Assembly (NCBI GenBank): GCA_041665625.1
Contig: JBAYIK010000001.1
Coordinates: 134,587-194,340, forward strand
Length of the DNA stretch: 59,754 nt
Direction: 5' to 3'
Origin: Minisyncoccota bacterium
GTDB lineage: Bacteria; Patescibacteriota; Minisyncoccia; Phycocordibacterales; XYD1-FULL-46-19
A program made the translations under genes and the position numbers. Below are positions 37,807-45,494 of this stretch, piece by piece. Within the stretch, counting starts at the first letter, position 1; every line of letters starts with the position of its first letter. Below the pieces are notes generated by a model. The model worked only from the letters and a program-made list of their open reading frames with translations, was not told the origin of the DNA and did no database searches.

Positions 37807-37856
37807 TCTATAGTAGAATTATTTAGGAGGCTAATCGCTTGGCCGACCTTTTTTCT

Positions 37857-37884
37857 ATAGTATACGTTTATTTTTATTAGTCAA
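37857..37884 (-). promoter_or_regulatory. putative promoter of the YcaO cassette
   Basis: Minus strand TTGACT (37884-37879), 16-nt spacer, TACTAT (37862-37857). Confidence 0.45.
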
Positions 37885-37888
37885 TAAA

Positions 37889-37921
37889 GGCCCGGCGAAT
37901 CAATTAAGATCCGCCGGGCCT
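37889..37921 (-). terminator. intrinsic terminator of the C39-like peptidase gene
   Basis: AGGCCCGGCG ... CGCCGGGCCT hairpin; on the minus strand followed by TTTATT. Confidence 0.7.
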
Positions 37922-37935
37922 GTTTCAAAACGAGT

Positions 37936-39513
37936 CTAGGCAAGGAGTTTCCGGGCCTCTTCCTGATAAGCGGGCAGGCTCTTCGTCAGGTTAAGGACGG
38001 ATTCTTGGTCTGAACGTAGGGCCATAATCCAACGACCAATCTTGGTGTCCATAAAGGACGCGAGTTCTCTTTCTCTCATCTGCCTTTTTCGTCCGCCAAT
38101 AGGGTCGATGACCAAGTAGCCACCTGAGTTGTAACCCGTTAGGAGAATCGAGTGCAATATACCACCACTGATAACCCCAGCCACCATTACCAGGTAGCCG
38201 TCCTCAAGGTAGCTCCTAATGTCTTCGGGGGTCAACCTTGCGTTACATTCGACCCTTGCCAAGCGATGACCCTTAATCTTCTCCAAATAGGATCGGTACT
38301 CGTTCATCAGTGATTCGAAGAGCTCTGCTGGTAACCATTTCTGGGAGTTATCGAACATCTGAGGTGCTGAATGCACCAGAACTGTCTCCAGACCCAACGA
38401 AACAGCTTTTACGGCTACTCCTGAGTAGTGTTGGCCAATGGTTATGTTCGACTTACTGGCCTCGGCAACTTCTTCTTCAAACCCCTCACTCAGCTCTGCG
38501 AGTCCAAAGTGTGCCGCAACCATTGTTAGGCAGGCTGCACTGCAGGTAAGTCCGTGCTGGCCGAATGGTGCCACTTGTCTGTCCATAACGTCCCTCCGGT
38601 AGGTGATGAGTTTGTTCAGGGCCGCCTCAATGTCACTATCCTGGTATTGGTAGATACCACTGCCCGCTGGCAAAATCTTTGTTTCTACCAAGTACCGCAA
38701 CACTTCTTTCCTCAGGACGAAACCGGAAATTCCGACAAGCTCTCGGGCGATCTGTTTTTCCTCGTTGTTGTCATAGGCGAGACTTTGCATCATCGCCCTG
38801 ATTCTCGGTCTCTCCAGCCCAAGGTAAAAATGCTTGACCCAGCGAGTATCTTCGTACGTCAATTCCTCGGTCCTCCTTTTCAAGGCAAAGACATCATCTT
38901 CGACCAAATAAGCAAAACGCCTCATCCGGCCACTGAAGATTTCTTCGTCACCGGCGTGGTACTGCCTGATCAGTTGCTCTCTTTCGCTCGTCGCGTCATT
39001 GCCTTCCCTCATCGAAATGAGATAAGAAATATGATCGATGACATACTGAACAGGGTACGGAGTCGCAGGGAGACTAAGGAAGACTCCAAGATCCTCATCG
39101 CTCAGGCACTTGCATTCCGGTAGACACCCCATCCAGTAAGAGACATGTTTCTTTATCGCGGCCGATACCACCAAGGTGGCCTGATCGACAAGTGAACCTG
39201 CCATGTAGGCATCACGGAGGATTTCAATCCGTTTTGGGGTAAGACGAAAGACGTTTGGCTCAAGCAACAAGGGAAGAGCCGGTTCGAGAAGATTCTCATA
39301 GAATTCGTTATGCCAGTTCCACCTAGCGCAGAGTTCTTGAAAAAATTCCTGTGGGGGGATAAGAGAGCGTCTTTCGACGATCTCACTAAGACGGGGGTTG
39401 GCTTCGGCAAAATAACGGTTTGCTCCCACCAGTTCTCTCTCGAGCGTAGCGTCAATATCGTCTTTCCACGAGGAAGGGATAATGACAGACTTAAGAGTTT
39501 TTTTCCTTTGCAT
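37936..39513 (-). CDS. large protein with C-terminal C39-like (papain-fold) cysteine peptidase domain
   Basis: FGQHGLTCSAACLTMVAAHF (Gln...Cys) and HSILLTGYNSGGYLVIDP (His...Asp) fit C39-like catalytic order; ATG 39513 sits 5 nt after AGGAGG (39524-39519). Confidence 0.6.
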   Translation of the reverse strand: MQRKKTLKSVIIPSSWKDDIDATLERELVGANRYFAEANPRLSEIVERRSLIPPQEFFQELCARWNWHNEFYENLLEPALPLLLEPNVFRLTPKRIEILRDAYMAGSLVDQATLVVSAAIKKHVSYWMGCLPECKCLSDEDLGVFLSLPATPYPVQYVIDHISYLISMREGNDATSEREQLIRQYHAGDEEIFSGRMRRFAYLVEDDVFALKRRTEELTYEDTRWVKHFYLGLERPRIRAMMQSLAYDNNEEKQIARELVGISGFVLRKEVLRYLVETKILPAGSGIYQYQDSDIEAALNKLITYRRDVMDRQVAPFGQHGLTCSAACLTMVAAHFGLAELSEGFEEEVAEASKSNITIGQHYSGVAVKAVSLGLETVLVHSAPQMFDNSQKWLPAELFESLMNEYRSYLEKIKGHRLARVECNARLTPEDIRSYLEDGYLVMVAGVISGGILHSILLTGYNSGGYLVIDPIGGRKRQMRERELASFMDTKIGRWIMALRSDQESVLNLTKSLPAYQEEARKLLA

Positions 39514-39558
39514 AGACACCTCCTTTCAATGTTCAAACTGACCAATTATTAAACATTA

Positions 39559-39587
39559 ATTATACAATGTCAATGTTTCGCCCGCAA
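39559..39587 (-). promoter_or_regulatory. putative promoter of the C39-like gene
   Basis: Minus strand TTGCGG, 17-nt spacer, TATAAT (39564-39559). Confidence 0.4.
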
Positions 39588-39631
39588 CAGACCTTCTTCG
39601 ATAATTTGGATAAATTTGTTAGAATGAAGAC

Positions 39632-40126
39632 ATGATTATCTTCCTAAACGGCTCAATAAATTCTGGCAAAACCACAGTGGCGAAGATTCTCGCCAGCAAG
39701 CTTTCTAATGTGGCAATTGTTGAGATTGATGCTCTTCGAAAGATGATTGAATGGATGCCAATTGACCAAGCGGTACCAATCAATCTCGAAAATGCTGTCT
39801 CGGTAATTAAGAATTTCTCTAACAGGGGACTGAGTGTAATCGTTCCCTACCCACTTTCTCAGAAAAATTACGATTACCTGATAAGGGAGTTAGGAGATTT
39901 TGGTTCCGATATTTACACTTTTACCCTTGCTCCGAAAATAGAAAAGGCGGTGACTAATAGGGGGACGAGGGAATTGAATAAGGAAGAAAAAGAAAGAATT
40001 AATCACCATTATAATATTGGTATCCACAACCCCAGCTTTGGAGAAATAATTGATAATTCTGACCAAAGTCCAGAAGAAACAACCAACTACATTTTAGCGA
40101 AAATAATTAAATTGGAAGATAAGTAA
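39632..40126 (+). CDS. P-loop kinase/NTPase (AAA_33 / CPT-like)
   Basis: Walker A LNGSINSGKTT; TAGAAT (39620-39625) 6 nt before ATG. Confidence 0.6.
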   Translation: MIIFLNGSINSGKTTVAKILASKLSNVAIVEIDALRKMIEWMPIDQAVPINLENAVSVIKNFSNRGLSVIVPYPLSQKNYDYLIRELGDFGSDIYTFTLAPKIEKAVTNRGTRELNKEEKERINHHYNIGIHNPSFGEIIDNSDQSPEETTNYILAKIIKLEDK

Positions 40127-40172
40127 ATTACTCCACCTTTCCCCCTAAACCTTTTATTGCTATAATACTGAC

Positions 40173-40547
40173 ATGGACAAAAAGTCTAAAATCTTATTAG
40201 GGATATTAGCTTTAGTGATTTTTATTTCGGTTGGGATTAGCTTCTATCAGACAATTTATATCCACAAATATCTGATTACAACTGAAATTTCTTGTGACCC
40301 AAACAAAGAATCTTGTTTCGTCTTTGAGTGTGACCCTGTAGAGGATGAGTCTTGCAGTAAAGACCCAAATCAGCAGGTCAGCTATTATAAAATAATAAGC
40401 AAGAATGCTCAAAACATACCAATCTGTGAAAGCGGAAATGATAATTGTCCAGAATTATCCTGCATTTATGGGGAAAAAGATTGCCAAATAACATTATGCG
40501 CCCCAGATGAAGGCGAAGGGATAATTTGTAGTGATAATAAAATATAA
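40173..40547 (+). CDS. secreted or membrane-anchored Cys-rich protein
   Basis: N-terminal hydrophobic anchor ILLGILALVIFISVGISF, then 12 Cys in about 95 aa; TATAAT (40161-40166) 6 nt before ATG. Confidence 0.55.
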   Translation: MDKKSKILLGILALVIFISVGISFYQTIYIHKYLITTEISCDPNKESCFVFECDPVEDESCSKDPNQQVSYYKIISKNAQNIPICESGNDNCPELSCIYGEKDCQITLCAPDEGEGIICSDNKI

Positions 40548-40551
40548 AGAC

Positions 40552-41433
40552 ATGGTTGAATCCATAATAAACACAAAAAAAATAGCCGAGGCCGAAGTTG
40601 TAATATTAAGCGCCCCCTATGGGAAATCCTTCACCTACCGATCAGGAGCAGAAAATGGACCCAAAGAAATTGTTAACTGTTTACATGGGAATCTTGAATT
40701 TTTTGATAGGTTTCTCAAGCTTGAGCCCGTACGATATATAAAAACAGCGCATCATGAATTAAAGGGGCTTAATAAATTAACCCCGACAAAAATGATCCAA
40801 ACTGTCAATAATTTTTATAAAGAAAATAAAGATAAATTTATTGTCATGCTGGGCGGAGATCATTCTGTTTCGCTTGGATCTTTTTCTTATTTTTCCCAAA
40901 ATAACAACTCTTCAGAGATAACGATCTTGCAGATAGATGCCCACCCAGACCTAAGAGACGACACCTCTGACTATCAAGAAAAAACAGAGAAACTTAGTCA
41001 TGCCTGCACAATGAGGCGAGCCTACGAAATGGGATTCAAAACCGTCCAGGTCGGGATTAGGACATATTCAATATTCGAAAATGATTTTATTAAAAAAAAT
41101 AATCTAAAGGTTTTCGAATGGGGAAGAGGGAAGAATCCTTCTATAAAAGAAATCATTGATTCCATAAAAACAGACAAAGTTTACCTAACCTTAGATGTTG
41201 ACGGTCTTGATCCAGCCCACATGCCCGCCACCGGAACGCCCGTGCCAGGAGGATTAGAGTGGTTCTACGCTCGAGATTTAATCAGAAATTTAATTATATC
41301 CAAAGACTTAATTGGAGCCGATATTGTAGAAGTTTCTCCTGTAAGAGAGAGTGTTTTGACTCAGTATGGAGCAGCTCAATTGTGCTATGACATTTTTGCT
41401 TATAAAAAATTAAAGGATAAGGGGCTACTTTAA
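40552..41433 (+). CDS. speB: agmatinase/arginase-family ureohydrolase
   Basis: GGDHSVSLG, LQIDAHPDLRDD, LTLDVDGLDPAHMPATGTPVPGGL. Confidence 0.85.
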   Translation: MVESIINTKKIAEAEVVILSAPYGKSFTYRSGAENGPKEIVNCLHGNLEFFDRFLKLEPVRYIKTAHHELKGLNKLTPTKMIQTVNNFYKENKDKFIVMLGGDHSVSLGSFSYFSQNNNSSEITILQIDAHPDLRDDTSDYQEKTEKLSHACTMRRAYEMGFKTVQVGIRTYSIFENDFIKKNNLKVFEWGRGKNPSIKEIIDSIKTDKVYLTLDVDGLDPAHMPATGTPVPGGLEWFYARDLIRNLIISKDLIGADIVEVSPVRESVLTQYGAAQLCYDIFAYKKLKDKGLL

Positions 41434-41435
41434 AT

Positions 41436-43202
41436 ATGGGTTATAATCTAATCACAAATATCGAGAATTGTTATTTTAATATTCCAGAGCTACTTTACTA
41501 TTCCCACATACCAACAGCAATAGTCGCTTTAATCTTAGGATTTTTTGTCTTCACCAGGAATAAAACTTCTATCTCTTCAAGGCTATTGATGCTAATTTCT
41601 ATTTTCTTTCTTCTTTGGTCTATTTCCGACCTAATTATCTGGATAAGTCCCGACAGTCGTGAAGTTATGTTCTTCTGGTCCATTGTAAATTTGATAGAAG
41701 TAGTAATTTCCACTTTAACTTTATATTTTGCTTATGTTTTCTTAGAAAAAAAAGATGTCCCTTTTTGGTCTAAACTAATTTATTTTTTTATAATAGGGGC
41801 TTACGCAATATTTTTACCCACAAGATTAAATATCACTGGTTTTGACATATCTAATTGTGAAGCTGGCCAAGGACCTTTAATTAACTTTTTTTATGCCATA
41901 GAAATACTGAACTTTCTTTGGTTAATTATCTATCTAGTAAGAAAAAACTTGCGGCCTGAAGAAAAAAAGTTAACAAGGGCTTTTTCTATTGGAGTTATAC
42001 TTTTCTTAGCTTCGTTCTCTGGAGCTAACTTGATCGGGAGTGTCTTTTCCTTAATAAACCCAGACAGCCCAGACAATTGGAAAATTTTACAATATGGATT
42101 ATTCGGCATGCCAATCTTTATGGCATCCCTAGCTTATTTAATTGTAAAATTTAAGGCCTTTGACATTAAACTTATCGGAACAAAAGTCTTAATGTATGCA
42201 GTCATCGCAATGATCGCTTCGCAGTTCTTCTTTATCAAAGCATCGACAAATTTTGTTTTGACAGGAGTGACTCTAGTGATTGTAGTTGTTCTAGGGGGTC
42301 TATTAATTAAAAGTGTGGAAAAAGAGGTCGCTCAACGTGAAGAGATTGAAAATTTGGCCAAGAATCTGGCCAAGTCTAACGATAGCCTCTTCGTCGCTAA
42401 TGAGGAATTGAAGGAATTAAACAAACAAAAAACCGAGTTCGTCTCAATTGCTTCACATCAACTCCGAAGCCCATTGACCGCCATTAAAGGTTACTCCTCA
42501 ATGCTCTTAGAGGGTTCCTTCGGACCAGTAGAAGAGAAGGCCAAGGGCGCCATTGACCGCATCTTCGAATCAAGCAAGAGACTGATGACCGTTATCGAAG
42601 ACTTCTTGAATATCACTCGTATTGAATTGGGTAAAATGAAATACGAGATGTCCGTCTTCGACCTTGGCCAAGTGGCCCAGACGGTTGTCAAAGATCAAGA
42701 ACCCAATGTTACAAAAAGAGGGCTCACAATTGAGTTCAAAGATGGAACCAATAATCACCAGGTTTCAGCTGATATCGGTAAAGTCACCCAAGTTGTCTCC
42801 AATATTATTGATAATAGTATCAAATATACACCTAGTGGTTGGATCAAAGTAAGCGTGGAGAACTTCCCAGCTGGAAAAAGTAAAACTAAAGAGGTCGTTC
42901 GTTTAACAGTCTCTGACAGCGGCATCGGTCTTGACCCGACGGCAATCAAGAAACTCTTCGATAAATTCGTCCGGGCTGATGATGCTGGTAAAACCAATAT
43001 CACCGGGACGGGACTTGGCCTATATGTCGCCAAGCAGATTGTTGAAAGTTTAGGTGGTAAAATCTGGGCCGAGTCAGAGGGTAAAGGTAAGGGTTCACAA
43101 TTCATTGTTGAATTTCCAAGGTCCACAAGTGAAGCCATTCATACTGAACAAAAGATTGAAGCTTACACTAAAGCGGACTTCGACAAACTAAAGAAAAAAT
43201 AG
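41436..43202 (+). CDS. sensor histidine kinase with polytopic N-terminal sensor
   Basis: Multiple TM helices, coiled coil, H-box SIASHQLRSPLTAIKG, N/G boxes NIIDNSIKYT, GTGLGLY. Confidence 0.85.
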   Translation: MGYNLITNIENCYFNIPELLYYSHIPTAIVALILGFFVFTRNKTSISSRLLMLISIFFLLWSISDLIIWISPDSREVMFFWSIVNLIEVVISTLTLYFAYVFLEKKDVPFWSKLIYFFIIGAYAIFLPTRLNITGFDISNCEAGQGPLINFFYAIEILNFLWLIIYLVRKNLRPEEKKLTRAFSIGVILFLASFSGANLIGSVFSLINPDSPDNWKILQYGLFGMPIFMASLAYLIVKFKAFDIKLIGTKVLMYAVIAMIASQFFFIKASTNFVLTGVTLVIVVVLGGLLIKSVEKEVAQREEIENLAKNLAKSNDSLFVANEELKELNKQKTEFVSIASHQLRSPLTAIKGYSSMLLEGSFGPVEEKAKGAIDRIFESSKRLMTVIEDFLNITRIELGKMKYEMSVFDLGQVAQTVVKDQEPNVTKRGLTIEFKDGTNNHQVSADIGKVTQVVSNIIDNSIKYTPSGWIKVSVENFPAGKSKTKEVVRLTVSDSGIGLDPTAIKKLFDKFVRADDAGKTNITGTGLGLYVAKQIVESLGGKIWAESEGKGKGSQFIVEFPRSTSEAIHTEQKIEAYTKADFDKLKKK

Positions 43203-43243
43203 CAGAACTTCACCAGAAGACTCTTTTCTGGTACCATTAGAGG

Positions 43244-44227
43244 ATGGAAGAAAATAATAAAAAAATACTACTATCCGGCGTTAAGCCAACCGGGCGTCCA
43301 CACATTGGTAATTATTTTGGGGCGATGAAACAATTTGTCGATCTCCAAGACGATTATCAAGCTTTGGTCTTTATCGCTGATCTTCACTCTCTCACTACCA
43401 CCCGTGATGCTAAGCAACTCAAACAAGACACCTTAGACTTAGTGATTGATTATCTCGCCATTGGCCTCGATCCTGAGAAAGTTATCTTCTACAAGCAATC
43501 CGAGGTCCTAGAGCATGCCAACCTAGCTTGGATCTTCAATTGCCTGACAACTATGCCATATCTGGCTCGCGCTCATGCCTACAAGGATGCCGAGGCTAAG
43601 AACAAAGAAGTAAATGTTGGGCTCTTCGACTACCCAATACTCATGGCGGCCGATATCTTGCTCTACGATGCCGACGTAGTGCCAGTGGGCGCCGATCAGA
43701 AACAACATGTCGAGATTGCCCGCGATACCGCAGAGAAATTCAACTTTAATTATGGCGAGACTTTCAAACTACCAGAACCTCTTATCATGGAGGGGGTCAA
43801 AACCATTGTTGGACTCGACGGCCAGAAGATGAGCAAGAGCTATGGCAATACCATCCCGCTCTTTGCCGACGAAACCGAACTTAAACGCCTCATTATGACA
43901 ATAAAGACTGATTCTAAGGGCGTTGAGGAACAAAAAAATCCCGAAGAGTGTAATGTCTTTGCCTTGCACAAACTCTTCACCCCCACTGAACAACTAGCCG
44001 AGATTAAGAAGCGTTATGTCGAAGGGGGGATTGGCTACAAAGAATCTAAAGATATTTTGTTCGAAAGTATGAATAATTATTTGAAGCCCTTGAGAGAAAA
44101 GCGCGAAGAAATAGCTAAGGACCCCGCCCGCGTCATCGAGATTCTCAAAAAGGGAGCGGTGCTCGCCCGCGCCCGTGCCCAAGCCAAAATGGCTGATGTA
44201 AATGCCAAAGTGGGAATTGATTTATAA
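43244..44227 (+). CDS. trpS: tryptophanyl-tRNA synthetase
   Basis: GVKPTGRPHIGNYFGA, GADQKQH, KMSKS. Confidence 0.95.
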   Translation: MEENNKKILLSGVKPTGRPHIGNYFGAMKQFVDLQDDYQALVFIADLHSLTTTRDAKQLKQDTLDLVIDYLAIGLDPEKVIFYKQSEVLEHANLAWIFNCLTTMPYLARAHAYKDAEAKNKEVNVGLFDYPILMAADILLYDADVVPVGADQKQHVEIARDTAEKFNFNYGETFKLPEPLIMEGVKTIVGLDGQKMSKSYGNTIPLFADETELKRLIMTIKTDSKGVEEQKNPEECNVFALHKLFTPTEQLAEIKKRYVEGGIGYKESKDILFESMNNYLKPLREKREEIAKDPARVIEILKKGAVLARARAQAKMADVNAKVGIDL

Positions 44228-44229
44228 GC

Positions 44230-44604
44230 ATGGAAAATCCTTTTGGCCAAACGCCGATAAGCTTACAAGAAGCGACAAAAGAAGTTAGAGGAAAAGCTCT
44301 CGCCGAGATAATTGCTGACCCAGCAAATGTAGAATCTCTAGGTCAATTTATAGACCAGCTTCAAATTATAGTTGAGGAGAGAGAAACCGATGACAAAGCC
44401 TTTAATCTGAGGCTAGCCTTAGAGATGAATGTAACGTTAGCCGAATTCTACGCCGAGGCAGCGGACCAGAACCCTGCCTGGCGCGAGTCGGCTTATGACA
44501 GTTATTACGATGCTGCCGCAGTTGCTAACCAATCAAAAGAAGAAGCCATCTATAACGACAAATATAATGAACTAATATCTCGAGCTAAAGAATTTTTGAA
44601 TTAG
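44230..44604 (+). CDS. hypothetical acidic protein
   Basis: 124-aa ORF 2 nt after trpS; no motif recognised. Confidence 0.5.
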   Translation: MENPFGQTPISLQEATKEVRGKALAEIIADPANVESLGQFIDQLQIIVEERETDDKAFNLRLALEMNVTLAEFYAEAADQNPAWRESAYDSYYDAAAVANQSKEEAIYNDKYNELISRAKEFLN

Positions 44605-44605
44605 T

Positions 44606-44633
44606 TTGCCAAAAAATTAATTAGTGTTATTAT
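44606..44633 (+). promoter_or_regulatory. putative promoter of the T-box leader
   Basis: TTGCCA (44606-44611), 16-nt spacer, TATTAT (44628-44633). Confidence 0.45.
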
Positions 44634-44639
44634 AAGAAG

Positions 44640-44768
44640 AAGCTCTTGAGCCGACTAACAACCGGACAAAAACTCAAGGCCAAAGCTATAAATCAGGGTG
44701 GCACCGCGGAGAAACCGCCCCTGCGAGTTTAAGATTTCTTAAACTTGGAGGGGCGATTTTCTTTGCCC
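44640..44768 (+). promoter_or_regulatory. T-box riboswitch leader, short Stem I, probable Asp specifier (GAC)
   Basis: T-box sequence AGGGTGGCACCGCG (44695-44708); antiterminator AGGG-[TGGCACC]-GCGG-agaaa-CCGC-CCCT; competing terminator CGCCCCT...AGGGGCG (44716-44755) plus T-tract; GAC-A at 44665-44668. Confidence 0.75.
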
Positions 44769-44809
44769 CGCGAAACTTTAGTGAAGTAGGGTAGTTTAAA
44801 AATAAAACT

Positions 44810-45490
44810 ATGACCAGAGAAAATTCAGAACAATTACCAGAACTAAAATTTGAATATTCGGCCGAAACAGAAATGCGAAGAGCTAAATATCTTCTTTTAC
44901 CTGAAAAAAGAAAATTCTACCTAGACCAAGGGTACGAGGTCACGTTACCAAAAGGTTTAGATATGGAAGATACTTCTGAAATTTCTGATGAAGATTTACT
45001 AGAAAAAATTAACGCTGAGTTGGATTTTGAAAAAACAGAAAAACTAAAATTGGAGATACAAGAAGAATGGCCTTCAATAGCAGAAACCCTGAGAAAACTC
45101 TTTAGGGAGACGGGTTATGAGATGCCCGAAACTTACACTATCCAGTTAACTAATTATAGGCCAGGTGGTGGCTATCGAGTGGAAGACAATAGTATAATCC
45201 TCGTTTTTTCCAGGACCTATAAAGAAGGGTGGTCTCGATCCAGAACTTTAATTCACGAGGGGATCCACTTATCAATTGAGAAATTACTTTTTAAATATGG
45301 CTTAGCCGATCCCGATTGCCAGGGGATTAAAGAACACTTGGTTGACCTCCTAATGCTAAAAGTTGTCCCAGATTACCCGCTACAAGATAGACTACCTAAA
45401 GAAAAAATTGAAGAGATAGATAAAATCTTTAATCAACATTATCCAAACATCGAAAAAATATTAGAAGAAGTTAGTAAAATTAAAAAATAA
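44810..45490 (+). CDS. hypothetical protein with HExxH motif (putative zinc metallopeptidase)
   Basis: TLIHEGIHLS contains HEGIH; first ORF after the T-box, 4 nt before aspS. Confidence 0.45.
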   Translation: MTRENSEQLPELKFEYSAETEMRRAKYLLLPEKRKFYLDQGYEVTLPKGLDMEDTSEISDEDLLEKINAELDFEKTEKLKLEIQEEWPSIAETLRKLFRETGYEMPETYTIQLTNYRPGGGYRVEDNSIILVFSRTYKEGWSRSRTLIHEGIHLSIEKLLFKYGLADPDCQGIKEHLVDLLMLKVVPDYPLQDRLPKEKIEEIDKIFNQHYPNIEKILEEVSKIKK

Positions 45491-45494
45491 AATT

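Noticed and set aside
38310-39552. Plus-strand ORFs (79, 189 and 80 aa) and minus ORF 39153-39545 overlapping the C39-like gene
   Set aside because: They are antisense or out-of-frame shadows in a GC-rich gene, where long spurious ORFs are expected. None has an SD or a motif.
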